Shown piece after piece: positions 18,882 to 29,902 of a stretch of 64,000 nucleotides of DNA. The stretch covers positions 444-64,443 of the forward strand of contig LQBE01000019.1 in the NCBI GenBank assembly GCA_002029975.1. The letters run 5' to 3'. The position numbers and the translations under genes were made by a program. Under the pieces are notes generated by a model. That model did not search any database and was not told where the DNA came from. It saw nothing but the letters and a program-made list of their open reading frames with translations. How positions within the stretch are numbered: position 1 is the stretch's first letter; the number at the start of each line of letters is the position of its first letter. This stretch comes from a delta proteobacterium ML8_F1 (GTDB taxonomy: Bacteria > Bacillota > Clostridia > Peptostreptococcales > Acidaminobacteraceae).

Positions 18882-19529
18882 ATGGCGAAAATCAGTGCCA
18901 AGGATGTGAAGGAACTCAGAGAAATGACGGGAGCCGGCATGCTCGACTGCAAGAAGGCCCTGGAGGAAACCGGGGGAAATATCGAAGAGGCTGTGAAGAA
19001 CCTCAGGGAAAAGGGCATTGCAAAGGCCGCTAAAAAAGCCAACCGCGTGGCCTCGGAAGGACTCATTGCTTCCTACATCCACGGCGGGAGAATCGGGGTT
19101 TTGGTTGAAATCAATGCAGAGACGGATTTTGTGGCTAAAAATGACGAATTCGTTGAATTCACCAAAGATATTTCAATGCACATTGCGGCGTCCAATCCCC
19201 TGTATGTCAAAAGGGATGACGTGCCCGAGGAGCTTGTGAAGAATGAAAAAGAAATCCTGAAAGCCCAGGCTCTCAATGAAGGGAAGCCTGAGAAAATCGT
19301 TGAAAAAATGATTGAAGGCAGGATATCAAAATTCTATAAAGAAATCTGTCTCCTTGAGCAACCCTTTGTAAAGGATCCCGATATCACCGTTGAGGAGCTT
19401 TTGACCCAGAAGATTGCCAGAATCGGTGAAAACATCAACATCAGGCGCTTTGTCCGTTATGAACTTGGAGAGGGCATCGAGAAGGCCGAAGAAAACTTTG
19501 CTGAGGAAGTCGCCAAGCAACTGCAATAG
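18882..19529 (+). CDS. tsf: Elongation factor Ts
   Basis: UBA-like N-terminus [19 protein letters not shown] and [11 protein letters not shown]. 215 aa (short form). Confidence 0.96.
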   Translation: MAKISAKDVKELREMTGAGMLDCKKALEETGGNIEEAVKNLREKGIAKAAKKANRVASEGLIASYIHGGRIGVLVEINAETDFVAKNDEFVEFTKDISMHIAASNPLYVKRDDVPEELVKNEKEILKAQALNEGKPEKIVEKMIEGRISKFYKEICLLEQPFVKDPDITVEELLTQKIARIGENINIRRFVRYELGEGIEKAEENFAEEVAKQLQ

Positions 19530-19556
19530 GAGGACACATTTGTGTTCTCTTTTTTT
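19530..19556 (+). terminator. Intrinsic terminator after tsf
   Basis: GAGGACAC-(loop)-GTGTTCTC hairpin with one G.U pair, followed by TTTTTTT. Confidence 0.75.
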
Positions 19557-19578
19557 AGAAAAACTGGAGGGAGAAAGG

Positions 19579-20298
19579 ATGAAAAACCAAGATTCAAATC
19601 GGATACTCCTGAAGCTGAGCGGGGAGGCGATTGCCCAAAGCCACGGACTGGGCATCGACAATCAGGTTTTGAAAGGGATTGCCGAAGAAATCCGGAAAAT
19701 CCACGCTTTGGACTATGAAATCGCCATTGTTATCGGCGGAGGCAATATCATGAGGGGCCGGTCCAATCCTGAAATGGACCGTTCCACGGCGGATTACATG
19801 GGAATGCTTGCCACGGTCATCAATGCCCTGGCCCTTCAGAGTGCCGTCGAATCCCTTGAGATACCCACCCGGGTCATGAGCGCCATCGAAATGAACAAGA
19901 TTGCTGAACCCTATATCCGACGCAAGGCCGTGCGGCATCTGGAAAAGGGAAGGGTGGTCATTTTTGCGGCGGGGACGGGAAATCCTTTTTTCTCCACGGA
20001 TACGACGGCGGCACTGCGGGCGGCGGAGATTGACGCCTCCCTGGTTCTTTTTGCAAAAAATATCGACGGGGTCTACGATAAAGACCCGAAGCTATTTAAA
20101 GATGCCCGAAAATTTGATAAACTAACCTATAGAGAAATTCTGGAACTGGACCTGAAGGTCATTGATTCCACAGCCGCAACCCTGCTTCGAGAAAACAATA
20201 TCAAAGCCATGATTTTTGGCCTCGACCAGCCTGAAAATATTTTGAAGGTGCTCAAGGGGGAAAAAATCGGCACTGAAATAAGGAGGAAACCAGAATGA
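19579..20298 (+). CDS. pyrH: UMP kinase
   Basis: [50 protein letters not shown] lies upstream of ATG 19579. Confidence 0.96.
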   Translation: MKNQDSNRILLKLSGEAIAQSHGLGIDNQVLKGIAEEIRKIHALDYEIAIVIGGGNIMRGRSNPEMDRSTADYMGMLATVINALALQSAVESLEIPTRVMSAIEMNKIAEPYIRRKAVRHLEKGRVVIFAAGTGNPFFSTDTTAALRAAEIDASLVLFAKNIDGVYDKDPKLFKDARKFDKLTYREILELDLKVIDSTAATLLRENNIKAMIFGLDQPENILKVLKGEKIGTEIRRKPE

Positions 20299-20852
20299 AA
20301 ACTGTCGTTCATGATCTGCTCAAGGAAAAAATGGAAAAAACCATCAGAGTGCTCAAGGATGAGCTTCACTCCATCCGGGCGGGACGTGCGAATCCGGCCC
20401 TTTTGGACCACGTGGTAGTGGATTACTACGGTACGCCGACCCCCATCCATCAAATCGCCAATATTTCCGTGCCTGAGGCCAGGATGCTTGTGGTGCAGCC
20501 CTACGATCCCTCAGCCATGGGAGATATCGAAAAAGCCATACTGACTTCGGACCTGGGCATCAATCCCTCCAATGACGGTAAAATTATTCGTCTGGTTCTA
20601 CCGGTTCTGACTGAGGAACGTCGCAAGGATCTGGTCAAGGTGGTCAAGAAGATTGGCGAAACTTCAAAAGTCGCCCTTCGCAATGAACGCCGTGAAGCCA
20701 ATGACATCCTCAAGAAAATGGAAAAAGACAAGGAAATCACAGAAGACAATCTCAAGTCAGCGGAAGAAGAAGTGCAGAAAATGACCGATCACTATTCCGG
20801 GGTTGTGGACCATCTGATTCAGCAAAAGGAAGTTGAAATTCTGGAAGTCTAG
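20295..20852 (+). CDS. frr: Ribosome recycling factor
   Basis: [12 protein letters not shown]..., [12 protein letters not shown]. The start overlaps the pyrH stop by 4 nt. Confidence 0.96.
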   Translation: MKTVVHDLLKEKMEKTIRVLKDELHSIRAGRANPALLDHVVVDYYGTPTPIHQIANISVPEARMLVVQPYDPSAMGDIEKAILTSDLGINPSNDGKIIRLVLPVLTEERRKDLVKVVKKIGETSKVALRNERREANDILKKMEKDKEITEDNLKSAEEEVQKMTDHYSGVVDHLIQQKEVEILEV

Positions 20853-20922
20853 TTGAGGCATACGCTCAGACACAGAAGATGCCCTCCTGATGTCAAGGGA
20901 GGGTCTTTCATTGGAGGTAGCT

Positions 20923-21624
20923 ATGGACCAAGGCTTGAAGATTCCCCGGCATGTGGCATTTATCATGGACGGCAACGGCAGATGGGCGAAAAAAAGAAAT
21001 CTTCCCAGAAGTCTGGGTCACAAGGCTGGCACTGAAAACATCAGAAAGATTATTGCCTACGCCAAGGAGAAGGGAATCGGTTATCTGACCTTCTACGCTT
21101 TTTCAACAGAAAACTGGAAGCGCCCCCAGGATGAAATCCAGGCGCTGATGAAGCTGCTCAAGCAGTATCTGATGAAAGAAGTGGATACCTTCAACAAAGA
21201 AGGCGTCAGACTCTGTACCATCGGATCCCTTGAGGCCTTCAGCCCGGACCTGGTCCAGGCCATTGAAGAAGCCAGGGAGAAGACCGCCGGCAACCGGGCC
21301 ATCACCGTGATAATCGCCCTGAACTACGGGTCGAGGCAGGAGATAGTCAGGGGGGTGAACCGCCTGATTGCCCAGGGAAAATCCGAAATTACCGAGGAGG
21401 ACCTCAATCAGGTCCTTTACACCCGGGACTTCCCCGATCCCGATTTGCTGGTCCGCACCAGCGGAGAACTCCGGCTCAGTAATTTTCTGTTATGGCAGCT
21501 GGCCTATACCGAACTTTTGTTCACTCCGGAATACTGGCCGGATTTTAACGAGAAGTCCTTTGAGAAGGCCTTGGAGGAATACACCCGGAGAGATCGTCGT
21601 TATGGAGGATTACGCAATGCTTAA
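20923..21624 (+). CDS. uppS: Undecaprenyl diphosphate synthase
   Basis: HVAFIMDGNGRWA, FSTENWKRP, ELRLSNFLLWQLAYTEL. GGAGG lies upstream of ATG 20923. Confidence 0.95.
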   Translation: MDQGLKIPRHVAFIMDGNGRWAKKRNLPRSLGHKAGTENIRKIIAYAKEKGIGYLTFYAFSTENWKRPQDEIQALMKLLKQYLMKEVDTFNKEGVRLCTIGSLEAFSPDLVQAIEEAREKTAGNRAITVIIALNYGSRQEIVRGVNRLIAQGKSEITEEDLNQVLYTRDFPDPDLLVRTSGELRLSNFLLWQLAYTELLFTPEYWPDFNEKSFEKALEEYTRRDRRYGGLRNA

Positions 21625-22390
21625 CAGGGTATTGTCTGCGGCCTTTGCCATTGTGCTTTTGTTTATCGCCATCTACAACGGGGGATGGATTTTCAGACTC
21701 ATGGGTTACGGGGTGATAGCCCTGGCCCTCTATGAATATTACACTTCCGCGGGGATTATGAACACCTACACCTTCCTGGGGGGGCTGTTGACGGTGCTTT
21801 TTCTTGAACTGAGGGGTTTTGAGGATCTAATCATCGCCCTGACCTTCATGATGATGGCCTTTTTGGTGGCCGGTCTTTTTTCAGAGAATCTCAAACTCGA
21901 TGTCATCGGCAAATTCCAAGTGTCGGTATTCTATATCATGATTCCCATTTACATGCTTTTGTCCCTCGAGGTCATGGGCTATATGAACTTCATCGGTCTG
22001 ATATTTCTCATTGCCTGGTTCAGCGACACCTTTGCATTTTTCACGGGGCGGTTTCTGGGCAGGCATCCCCTGGCCCCTGCCATCAGTCCCAAAAAAACCA
22101 TCGAAGGTGCCATCGGCGGTATTGCTGGGGCCCTTTTCATGAGTCTTGTGTATTATCAGGTCATGGGATTTGAAGCCTACATGCCCGTGGTCTTCTTCAG
22201 TGTGTTCGTCATAGGAATGACGGCGCTTTCCCAGATTGGCGATCTCGTGGCATCGAAAATCAAGCGGACCCTCAATGTGAAGGATTTCGGAAAAGTGATG
22301 CCCGGTCATGGGGGGATTCTTGACCGTTTTGACAGTGTCATCATTCTGATTCCCGTTGTCTACTATGTGGTGCTTACTGTGATTATGTAA
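21617..22390 (+). CDS. cdsA: Phosphatidate cytidylyltransferase
   Basis: Polytopic membrane protein with SDTFAFFTGRFLG and GHGGILDRFDS. ATG 21617 has GGAGG 8 nt upstream. The long upstream extension in the ORF track overlaps uppS and is rejected. Confidence 0.93.
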   Translation: MLNRVLSAAFAIVLLFIAIYNGGWIFRLMGYGVIALALYEYYTSAGIMNTYTFLGGLLTVLFLELRGFEDLIIALTFMMMAFLVAGLFSENLKLDVIGKFQVSVFYIMIPIYMLLSLEVMGYMNFIGLIFLIAWFSDTFAFFTGRFLGRHPLAPAISPKKTIEGAIGGIAGALFMSLVYYQVMGFEAYMPVVFFSVFVIGMTALSQIGDLVASKIKRTLNVKDFGKVMPGHGGILDRFDSVIILIPVVYYVVLTVIM

Positions 22391-22406
22391 TCAGGGAGGT
22401 TTGCAG

Positions 22407-23531
22407 ATGAAACGCCTAGGAATACTTGGAGTCACGGGTTCTATCGGGACCCAGGCTCTTGATATTGTGGCCGGGCATCCCGGGGAATTCAAGCTTACCC
22501 TGGTCAGCGGCCATCGAAATCTGAAAAAACTGTTGGAAATCGATCAGGCTTTTCAACCTGAGATTGTCTGGGTGAGCGATCCCGAGGCATTTTCCCTGGC
22601 CCGGACGATGAATTTTTCTGCACGGCTCGTGTCCGACGGGACAGCGTTTCTTGAGCCGGAAAGAATGGACCTGCTTCTCAATGCCATGGTGGGTTCCGCC
22701 GGGCTTCTCCCGACCCTGATTGCCATCAACCACCGGATCGATGTCGCCCTGGCCAACAAGGAGTCCCTGGTGACCGGGGGAGACTTGATAGAAAAGGCGC
22801 TGAACCGGTCCACCTCCCGTCTGATTCCTGTGGATTCCGAGCACAGTGCTATTTTCCAGTGTCTTCAGGGACTGGAGGAAAAAAAAGGACTCTCAGGAGT
22901 GATTCTCACAGCCTCCGGCGGGCCCTTCAGGGGACAGTCCCAAGAGGCGATCCGGCCCAAAAGGGCCTCGGAAGCCCTGAAGCATCCGAACTGGTCCATG
23001 GGACGCAAAATTTCCATTGATTCGGCAACCCTGGTCAACAAGGGTCTGGAGGTCATTGAAGCCAAATGGCTCTTCGGTCTCTCCCCGGAGAATATTGAAG
23101 TGGTGGTCCACCCCCAGAGCATTGTCCACTCCCTGGTGCGCTTGAAGGACACTTCCGTCCTCGCCCAGATGGGCTTTGCCGACATGCACCTGCCCCTTCA
23201 CTACGGTCTTTTTTATCCTGAGAGAAAGCCAAGCCTCCTGAAACCCTTCAGCTTCGATGAAATCAGGACCCTGAGTTTTGAAGCGGTGGACAATGAAGTG
23301 TTTCCCGGACTTGGCCTGGGGTATCAAGCCATTAGTGTGGGAGGCTCCATGCCTGTTGTCTACAACATGGTCAATGAAATCATGGTGGCAAAGTATTTGA
23401 GGGGCGAAAGTGCCTTCTACGACATCACCGATACCATAGCCCTGGAAATGGCAAGGCATGCAGCCGTGAAGAATCTGGATTATGCCGGTATCCGGGAATT
23501 AGAAATCCAACTCAAAAATAGACTGAAATGA
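22407..23531 (+). CDS. dxr: 1-deoxy-D-xylulose-5-phosphate reductoisomerase
   Basis: GVTGSIGTQALD, NKESLV, DSEHSAIFQC, HPNWSMG. Confidence 0.96.
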   Translation: MKRLGILGVTGSIGTQALDIVAGHPGEFKLTLVSGHRNLKKLLEIDQAFQPEIVWVSDPEAFSLARTMNFSARLVSDGTAFLEPERMDLLLNAMVGSAGLLPTLIAINHRIDVALANKESLVTGGDLIEKALNRSTSRLIPVDSEHSAIFQCLQGLEEKKGLSGVILTASGGPFRGQSQEAIRPKRASEALKHPNWSMGRKISIDSATLVNKGLEVIEAKWLFGLSPENIEVVVHPQSIVHSLVRLKDTSVLAQMGFADMHLPLHYGLFYPERKPSLLKPFSFDEIRTLSFEAVDNEVFPGLGLGYQAISVGGSMPVVYNMVNEIMVAKYLRGESAFYDITDTIALEMARHAAVKNLDYAGIRELEIQLKNRLK

Positions 23532-23544
23532 AATAGGTGAAGAT

Positions 23545-24546
23545 ATGTTTGTAACGATTGTCAGCTTTATTGTTGTTTTTGGCCTGATGGTACTCTTCCA
23601 TGAAATGGGCCATTTTCTTGTTGCCAAATTGAATCACATCAAGGTCAATGAATTTGCCATTGGCATGGGCCCCCGAATTTTCTACAAAACCCTGGGAGAA
23701 ACGGAATACTCTTTAAGACTGCTGCCCCTGGGCGGCTTTATAAAGATGGAAGGGGAGGACGAAGCCAGCGACAGTCCGAGGAGTTTCTCCAATCAATCCC
23801 CCCTGAGAAGAATTTCGGTGGTGATTGCCGGTCCGGCTATGAACTTTCTTCTGAGTATCCTGCTGCTGGCTCTGATTGCCTTCAGTGTTGGATTTCCCAC
23901 CCAGATCATTGACGAAGTACAGCCGGGCCTGCCGGCTGAGCAATCGGGTATGGTGGCCGGAGACCGAATCGTCGCCATCAACGGTGAACCCATTGATTCC
24001 TGGAATGAGGTGACGGAGGTGATTTCCAGGAGCGAGGGGGAGCTGTCCCTGGTGCTTGAGAGAGACGGCACTTCCCTGAGCCTGGCCATGATGCCTGAAA
24101 TCGAGGAAGGCTCCGGAAGAAGAATCATCGGCATCAGCCCCGTTCTGGAGAAGGCCTTGTGGTCGTCTGTGGGATACGGGGTGGAGCAGACGGGCTTTAT
24201 CATTGGCAGTATTTTTGATTTCCTGGGTGATTTGATTTCAGGTGCGGAGGTTGAAGGGGAGATTATCGGACCTATCGGCATTGTGGGCATTGTGGGAGAA
24301 GCCGCCAGTACCGGGATTCTTTCTCTGGCTTTCATTGCGGCCTACCTCAGCATCAACCTGGGAATTATCAATCTTCTGCCCTTTCCAGCCCTGGACGGGG
24401 GCAGAATCCTGTTTCTGTTTTTCGAAATCGTCCGCGGCAGGCCGATTCCCCCTGAAAAGGAGGGGATGGCCCACTTTATCGGTTTTGCACTTCTGATGGC
24501 CCTGATGGTCTTTGTTCTCTATCAGGACATCATGAAGCTGTTTTAA
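23545..24546 (+). CDS. rseP: Site-2 (RIP) zinc metalloprotease RseP/RasP
   Basis: HEMGHFLVA (HExxH), a central PDZ-like segment, NLLPFPALDGG, and multiple TM helices. Confidence 0.94.
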   Translation: MFVTIVSFIVVFGLMVLFHEMGHFLVAKLNHIKVNEFAIGMGPRIFYKTLGETEYSLRLLPLGGFIKMEGEDEASDSPRSFSNQSPLRRISVVIAGPAMNFLLSILLLALIAFSVGFPTQIIDEVQPGLPAEQSGMVAGDRIVAINGEPIDSWNEVTEVISRSEGELSLVLERDGTSLSLAMMPEIEEGSGRRIIGISPVLEKALWSSVGYGVEQTGFIIGSIFDFLGDLISGAEVEGEIIGPIGIVGIVGEAASTGILSLAFIAAYLSINLGIINLLPFPALDGGRILFLFFEIVRGRPIPPEKEGMAHFIGFALLMALMVFVLYQDIMKLF

Positions 24547-24557
24547 GGAGTCTTGAG

Positions 24558-25604
24558 ATGCATTCACAATCCAGAGAAGTGAGGGTGGGGGATCTGGTTC
24601 TGGGCGGCACCCAGCCGGTGCGGATCCAGTCAATGACCAACACAAAAACCTCTGATGTCAAGGCGACAGTCAGTCAGATCCATGCTCTGGAAAATGCGGG
24701 CTGTGAGCTGGTGCGGGTTGCCGTTCCGGACATGTCCTCAGCAAAAAAACTGGGAGCGATCAAAAGGGCCATTCATATTCCCTTGATTGCAGATATTCAC
24801 TTTGACCACAGGCTGGCTTTGGAGGCGGTTCATCAGGGCGTTGACAAAATCAGAATCAATCCGGGGAACATTTCTGATCCCTGGAAGCTCCAGGCCATTG
24901 TCCAGGCCATGAAGGCCGGGAATATCGCCCTGAGAATCGGGGTCAACGGGGGTTCCCTGGACAAAAGGATCCTTGAAAAACACGGGGGACCCACGGCCCG
25001 GGCCATGGTGGAAAGCGCCCTCGAGCAGGTCGCTGTTCTGGAATCCCTGGATTTTCACGATATTTTCATTTCTCTGAAATCCTCCAATGTGCGAACGACC
25101 CTCGAGGCCTGTGAACTCATCAGCGAAAAAACGGCCTACCCCCTGCATCTCGGAGTGACTGAAGCCGGCACCCTCCTGGGAGGCACTGTCAAAAGCGCCC
25201 TGGGAATAGGGCCTCTGTTGATGAAGGGGATAGGGGCCACCTTCAGGGTCTCCCTGAGCGCCGATCCCGTGGAAGAGATCCGGGTGGCCAAACTGATTCT
25301 CCAGGATCTTCAGATCAGGCGCTTCGGTGTGGAACTCATTGCCTGTCCGAGCTGCGGCAGGGCCCAGATTGACCTGGTGGCCCTGTCCAATGCCGTGGAG
25401 GCAGCCTTGAAGGATTACCACAAGCCCCTCACCGTCGCCGTCATGGGCTGCGGAGTCAACGGTCCCGGAGAAGCCGCCCATGCGGATATCGGCATTGCAG
25501 GGGGGAGGCAGATGGGACTGATTTTCAAAAAAGGGAAAATCATTCGAAAGGTCAGGGAAGAAGAGCTCCTTGAGGCCTTGCTGGAAGAAATTGAGAAGAT
25601 CTAG
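24558..25604 (+). CDS. ispG: 4-hydroxy-3-methylbut-2-enyl diphosphate synthase (flavodoxin type)
   Basis: GcpE family: VRIQSMTNT, RINPGN, CPSCGR, MGCGVNGPGEA. Confidence 0.96.
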   Translation: MHSQSREVRVGDLVLGGTQPVRIQSMTNTKTSDVKATVSQIHALENAGCELVRVAVPDMSSAKKLGAIKRAIHIPLIADIHFDHRLALEAVHQGVDKIRINPGNISDPWKLQAIVQAMKAGNIALRIGVNGGSLDKRILEKHGGPTARAMVESALEQVAVLESLDFHDIFISLKSSNVRTTLEACELISEKTAYPLHLGVTEAGTLLGGTVKSALGIGPLLMKGIGATFRVSLSADPVEEIRVAKLILQDLQIRRFGVELIACPSCGRAQIDLVALSNAVEAALKDYHKPLTVAVMGCGVNGPGEAAHADIGIAGGRQMGLIFKKGKIIRKVREEELLEALLEEIEKI

Positions 25605-25613
25605 GAGAGGGAT

Positions 25614-28600
25614 ATGGCAAAAGACCTGAAAAATATCACACAAGCAATTTTTGAAACCAGGGATGTCTATGAAAAAATCGTGTTTCAAAAGGACAAGGCG
25701 GTCCTCCATTTCTATTTGAAAGCCGGGGTACCCGTGACTGCCGGGGCGCTCAAATCCCTTCGGGAAGCCTCACGAGCGAATCTTGACGGGGTTGCCGATG
25801 TCAAGGTCCACAGGAGCATCGAGTCCGGGAAACCTTCACCCTCACCCCTGGATTTTTTTGAAGAGGTCATCAGGCCGCTGTCTGAGGACAAGCCCATGGT
25901 CTACCACCTGCTCAAGGAGTCAAAAAGGCGCTATTCGAAGGATGAAATCATTGTCACCCTTGAGAGTGAAATGACTTTGAAAATAATGGAGGAATCCCGT
26001 ATTGCTCTTTTTTTAATGGAGGAATACCGCAGACTCCATGACCAGAAGGTGGTCCTCAAATGGAACCTCGAAGGGGAGAACTCCCTGGAGGAGTTCGATC
26101 ACAGCCAAAGAGAAAAGACCCGGTCCATTGCCAGAAATCTGCTTTCGGAGTCATCGGACAGTTCCCGGAATGGCACGGGAACCTTTAAGGAGAAAATCAT
26201 TTACAAACGGCGTACCCGGGGCGAAACCCTCCCTATCAGGGAGCTTCAGGAAGAATCCAGGGCCACCATTTCAGGAGAGATTTTCGACAAGGAATTCAGG
26301 GAGCTCAAAGGTGGAAAATTCATCCTCAATCTTTCTGTGACAGACTATTCTGATTCCATCGGGGTGAAATTTTTCCTGGAGGCGGAGGAGTTCAAAAAAT
26401 ATGACAGTCTTCTCAGCATCGGCGGTTCCTACAGCTTCGAGGGCAGCACCCGCTATGACACCTACTCGAAGGAACTGCTGTTTCAACCCGTCGCCATTCA
26501 CCAGATTCCCCCCCTCAAGGGACTGCGTCAGGATGACGCTCCAAGGAAGCGGGTGGAACTCCATGTGCACAGTGCCATGAGTGAAATGAACGGCATTCAT
26601 GCCCCCCAGGAAATCATACAGCGGGCCAGGGATTTCGGACACCGCGGCATCGCCCTGACTGACAGCGGGGTAATCCAGGGATTTCCAGAAGCCATGGAAA
26701 GCGCTGCCAAATGGGGTCTGAAGGTGATTTACGGCGTAGAAGGCTCCCTGTATGACAATGAAGGCTCCTTGATTCTCAGGGCCAACCAGGAAGACTTCGA
26801 CCAGCCCTTTGTGATATTCGACATTGAAACCACGGGATTTTCCCCCACGGATGACCATATCATTGAGATCGGGGGCGTCCTGGTGCGCAATAAAAAGATT
26901 GTGGACACCTTTTCCCAGCTGGTCAATCCCCATCGCCTCCTGCCCCAGAAGATTATTGAACTGACAGGGATCACCGACGATGATCTGGCTGGAAAACCCG
27001 CCATTGAAGAGGTGCTGCCGAAATTCTTTGAATTTGTGGGCGACTGTCCCGTGGTTGCCCACAATGCCGCCTTTGATATGGGTTTCATGCGCAACAATGC
27101 CAAGAATCTTGGACTGACCTTCGACCCCATCGTCATCGATACCCTGAAACTCTCAAGAATCCTCCTCAAGCAGCTCAAGCGCCATCGACTTTCAAGCCTG
27201 GTCAAGCACTACGGGATTACCCTTGAAAACCACCACCGGGCTGTGGACGATGCCCTGGCGACGGCCAAGATTTTTCTGTTCCAGATAGAGGACCTCGAAA
27301 GCCGGGGGTATACGACCCTCGAAGACCTCAATCATCTTCCCCAGGGAGATGATGAGATTGATACCTTTGATTTCTACAGTGTGACAATTCTGGCAAAATC
27401 CCAGGAGGGACTCAAAAATCTCTATCACCTGATCAGCATTTCCCATTTGAATACCTTTTACAAGCAGCCCCGCTTGTCCAAAGCCGTGGTGGAGAAGTAC
27501 CGCAAGGGGCTTTTGATTGGCTCAGGGACCGAGTCAGGCCAGCTTTACCAGAGTTTCATCAGGGGACTTGAACCCGAGGAGGTCCAAAAGACAGCCGCCT
27601 TCTATGATTATTTCGAGATTTTTCCGCCACAGAACGCCCTGGGGCTGGTAAAAGCCGGCAATGTCAAGGATTATCAAGCCCTGGAAACCGTGGTGAAGAA
27701 ATTTGTCAGACTGGGAGAATTGACGGGCAAACCCGTCGTGGCCTCCAGCAACGTCCATTTTTTAAATCCCGAGGATGAAATCTATCGAAGGATTATCCTG
27801 GCGGGGCAGAAATTCAGGGACATCGAACAGCCCCCTCTTTACTTCAAAACCACCGGGGAAATGCTCCGTGATTTCAGTTTCCTGGGGAAGGAGAAGGCTG
27901 CTTCCGTGGTCATTGACCAGCCCAATGCGGTGCTGGATACCATTGATGAGGGGATTCTTCCCATACCCAAAGGCACTTATCCCCCCCGGATAGAAGGGTC
28001 TGATGAAAATCTCAGGCAGAGCTGCCTTGAAAGGGCCAGGGCGCTTTACGGCGACCCCCTGCCTTCGGAGGTGGCACAGCGGCTGGAAAGAGAGCTGGAG
28101 TCCATCATTTCCAACGGCTACGCAGTGATGTACATCATTGCCCAGAAGCTGGTGGCCAAGTCCCTTGAAGACGGCTATGTGGTGGGTTCAAGAGGTTCGG
28201 TGGGTTCTTCCCTGGCGGCCACCTTCAGCGGGATCACTGAAGTCAACCCCCTGCCGCCCCATTACAGATGCCCTGAGTGTCGCTACAGTGAATTTCCCCA
28301 GGTCACCGGTGGCGTCAGCGGGGTGGACCTGCCCGACAAGACCTGTCCCGGATGCGGAAGTCCCCTGGTCAAGGACGGCCACGATATTCCCTTTGAGGTG
28401 TTTCTCGGCTTCGAGGGAGACAAGGAACCGGATATTGATTTGAATTTCGCCGGGGTTTATCAGTCGAAATCCCACAGGTACACTGAAGAACTATTTGGCA
28501 AGGGCAAGGTCTACAAGGCTGGGACCATTGGCACCATTGCCGAGCGTACGGCCTTCGGCTTTGTCAAAAATTATTTTGAAGACCGGGGACTCAAGGTCTC

Positions 28601-29864
28601 CTCCAGGGAAATCAATCGCTTGATCAAGGGATGTACCGGTATCAGGAGGACGACGGGACAGCATCCCGGAGGCATTATGGTGGTGCCGGACAATAAGGAC
28701 ATCCACGATTTCACACCGATCCAGCATCCCGCCAACGACATGAATTCCGAAGTCATCACCACCCATTTCGACTATCATTCCATCAGCGGCAGAATCCTCA
28801 AACTCGACATTCTCGGGCATGACGTGCCCACGATCATCCGGCAGCTGGAAAATCTCACCGGAGTGGCCATTGACGCCATCCCCCTGGATGATCCAAAGAC
28901 CCTGTCCCTGTTCACCTCCCAGGAGGCCCTGAGAATTGTCGACCCCACCTATGCCATGAAGGACGCTTCTCTGGGAATTCCCGAATTCGGGACAAAATTT
29001 GTGAGGCAGATGCTGAGGGATACGAAGCCTTCAACTTTTACAGAACTCATCCGCATTTCCGGTCTCAGCCATGGAACGGATGTCTGGGCCAACAATGCCG
29101 AAGAACTCATCAGAAATGGCGGTCTTCAGCTGGTGGACGTGATTTCCACCAGGGATGACATCATGAACTATCTGATTGACAGGGACCTGCCTCCCAAGGA
29201 AGCCTTCGGCATCATGGAAAGGGTGAGGAAGGGAAAGGGACTTACTGCTGAAAACATTGCCCTCATGGAAGAAAAGGGGGTTCCCGGTTGGTATATTGAT
29301 TCCTGCAACAAGATCAAGTACATGTTCCCCAAAGCCCATGCCGTGGCCTATGTGATGATGTCCTTTCGCATCGCCTACTACAAGGTTCACCATCCCCTGG
29401 CCTTTTACGCCACTTATTTCAGTTCCCGGATAGCCGATTTCGACGCGTCCCTGATTGCCATGGGAAAGAACACCGTTCATTCCCGGCTGCTGGAAATCGA
29501 CAAGGATCCGAATCCCTCCAAGAAAGACCAGGATCTCAGAAGCCTTCTGGAGGTGGTTCTGGAAATGTTCGCCCGGGGATTGAATTTTTCAAAAATCGAT
29601 TTATACAGGTCGCATCCCAGTGAATTCGTCATTGAAGGGGGAAGACTGCTGCCTCCTTTGAGGGGGATTGCCGGACTTGGGGAGTCAGTGGCCCAGGCCA
29701 TTGCCGCAGAGCGGCTCAAGGGAGAGTTTCTCTCTGTGGAGGATTTCAGAACCCGCTCCAAAGCCTCCAAAACCGTGGTGGAAGCTCTGGAAAACCACGG
29801 GGCTTTGAATGACCTGCCGAAAACCAATCAACTTCAATTTATGGATTTGCAAACCCTGGGATAA
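25614..29864 (+). CDS. polC: DNA polymerase III alpha subunit, PolC type
   Basis: 1416 aa. PHP domain (ELHVHSAMS), an inserted DEDDh exonuclease (FVIFDIETTGFS, HNAAFDMGF, HRAVDDA), a Cys4 zinc module (CPECRY...CPGCGS) and the pol III core. Confidence 0.97.
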   Translation: MAKDLKNITQAIFETRDVYEKIVFQKDKAVLHFYLKAGVPVTAGALKSLREASRANLDGVADVKVHRSIESGKPSPSPLDFFEEVIRPLSEDKPMVYHLLKESKRRYSKDEIIVTLESEMTLKIMEESRIALFLMEEYRRLHDQKVVLKWNLEGENSLEEFDHSQREKTRSIARNLLSESSDSSRNGTGTFKEKIIYKRRTRGETLPIRELQEESRATISGEIFDKEFRELKGGKFILNLSVTDYSDSIGVKFFLEAEEFKKYDSLLSIGGSYSFEGSTRYDTYSKELLFQPVAIHQIPPLKGLRQDDAPRKRVELHVHSAMSEMNGIHAPQEIIQRARDFGHRGIALTDSGVIQGFPEAMESAAKWGLKVIYGVEGSLYDNEGSLILRANQEDFDQPFVIFDIETTGFSPTDDHIIEIGGVLVRNKKIVDTFSQLVNPHRLLPQKIIELTGITDDDLAGKPAIEEVLPKFFEFVGDCPVVAHNAAFDMGFMRNNAKNLGLTFDPIVIDTLKLSRILLKQLKRHRLSSLVKHYGITLENHHRAVDDALATAKIFLFQIEDLESRGYTTLEDLNHLPQGDDEIDTFDFYSVTILAKSQEGLKNLYHLISISHLNTFYKQPRLSKAVVEKYRKGLLIGSGTESGQLYQSFIRGLEPEEVQKTAAFYDYFEIFPPQNALGLVKAGNVKDYQALETVVKKFVRLGELTGKPVVASSNVHFLNPEDEIYRRIILAGQKFRDIEQPPLYFKTTGEMLRDFSFLGKEKAASVVIDQPNAVLDTIDEGILPIPKGTYPPRIEGSDENLRQSCLERARALYGDPLPSEVAQRLERELESIISNGYAVMYIIAQKLVAKSLEDGYVVGSRGSVGSSLAATFSGITEVNPLPPHYRCPECRYSEFPQVTGGVSGVDLPDKTCPGCGSPLVKDGHDIPFEVFLGFEGDKEPDIDLNFAGVYQSKSHRYTEELFGKGKVYKAGTIGTIAERTAFGFVKNYFEDRGLKVSSREINRLIKGCTGIRRTTGQHPGGIMVVPDNKDIHDFTPIQHPANDMNSEVITTHFDYHSISGRILKLDILGHDVPTIIRQLENLTGVAIDAIPLDDPKTLSLFTSQEALRIVDPTYAMKDASLGIPEFGTKFVRQMLRDTKPSTFTELIRISGLSHGTDVWANNAEELIRNGGLQLVDVISTRDDIMNYLIDRDLPPKEAFGIMERVRKGKGLTAENIALMEEKGVPGWYIDSCNKIKYMFPKAHAVAYVMMSFRIAYYKVHHPLAFYATYFSSRIADFDASLIAMGKNTVHSRLLEIDKDPNPSKKDQDLRSLLEVVLEMFARGLNFSKIDLYRSHPSEFVIEGGRLLPPLRGIAGLGESVAQAIAAERLKGEFLSVEDFRTRSKASKTVVEALENHGALNDLPKTNQLQFMDLQTLG

Positions 29865-29866
29865 TA

Positions 29867-29875
29867 TGTTACAAT
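29867..29875 (+). promoter_or_regulatory. Extended -10 promoter element upstream of rimP-nusA-infB
   Basis: TGtTACAAT, 3 nt after the polC stop. Confidence 0.45.
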
Positions 29876-29902
29876 ATCTTTAACAGAAATCATCAAAGAC
29901 AA

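Noticed and set aside
19414-19578. N-terminal extensions in the ORF track for pyrH (19414), cdsA (21368), infB (32135), nusA (30413), nrnA (34800), pnp (38049), dut (41520), rimO (46557), rpsB (17977), rnhB (12376), ftsY (6552), purB (53142) and miaA (62896).
   Set aside because: In each case an internal start has a canonical SD at 5-9 nt and reproduces the conserved N-terminus. The extension overlaps the preceding gene or a terminator or promoter.
24738-25709. A 323-aa minus-strand ORF antisense to ispG. There are similar long antisense ORFs at 26271-27062 (polC), 30587-31735 (nusA, 382 aa), 32234-33151 (infB, 305 aa), 4748-5392 (smc), 47280-48056 (rimO) and 22893-23459 (dxr).
   Set aside because: All lie opposite highly conserved, motif-verified genes. 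They have low-complexity composition rich in G, P, H, F and L, lack SD sequences and show no recognisable domains. I treat them as shadow frames rather than overlapping genes. Ribo-seq would be the only way to revive them.
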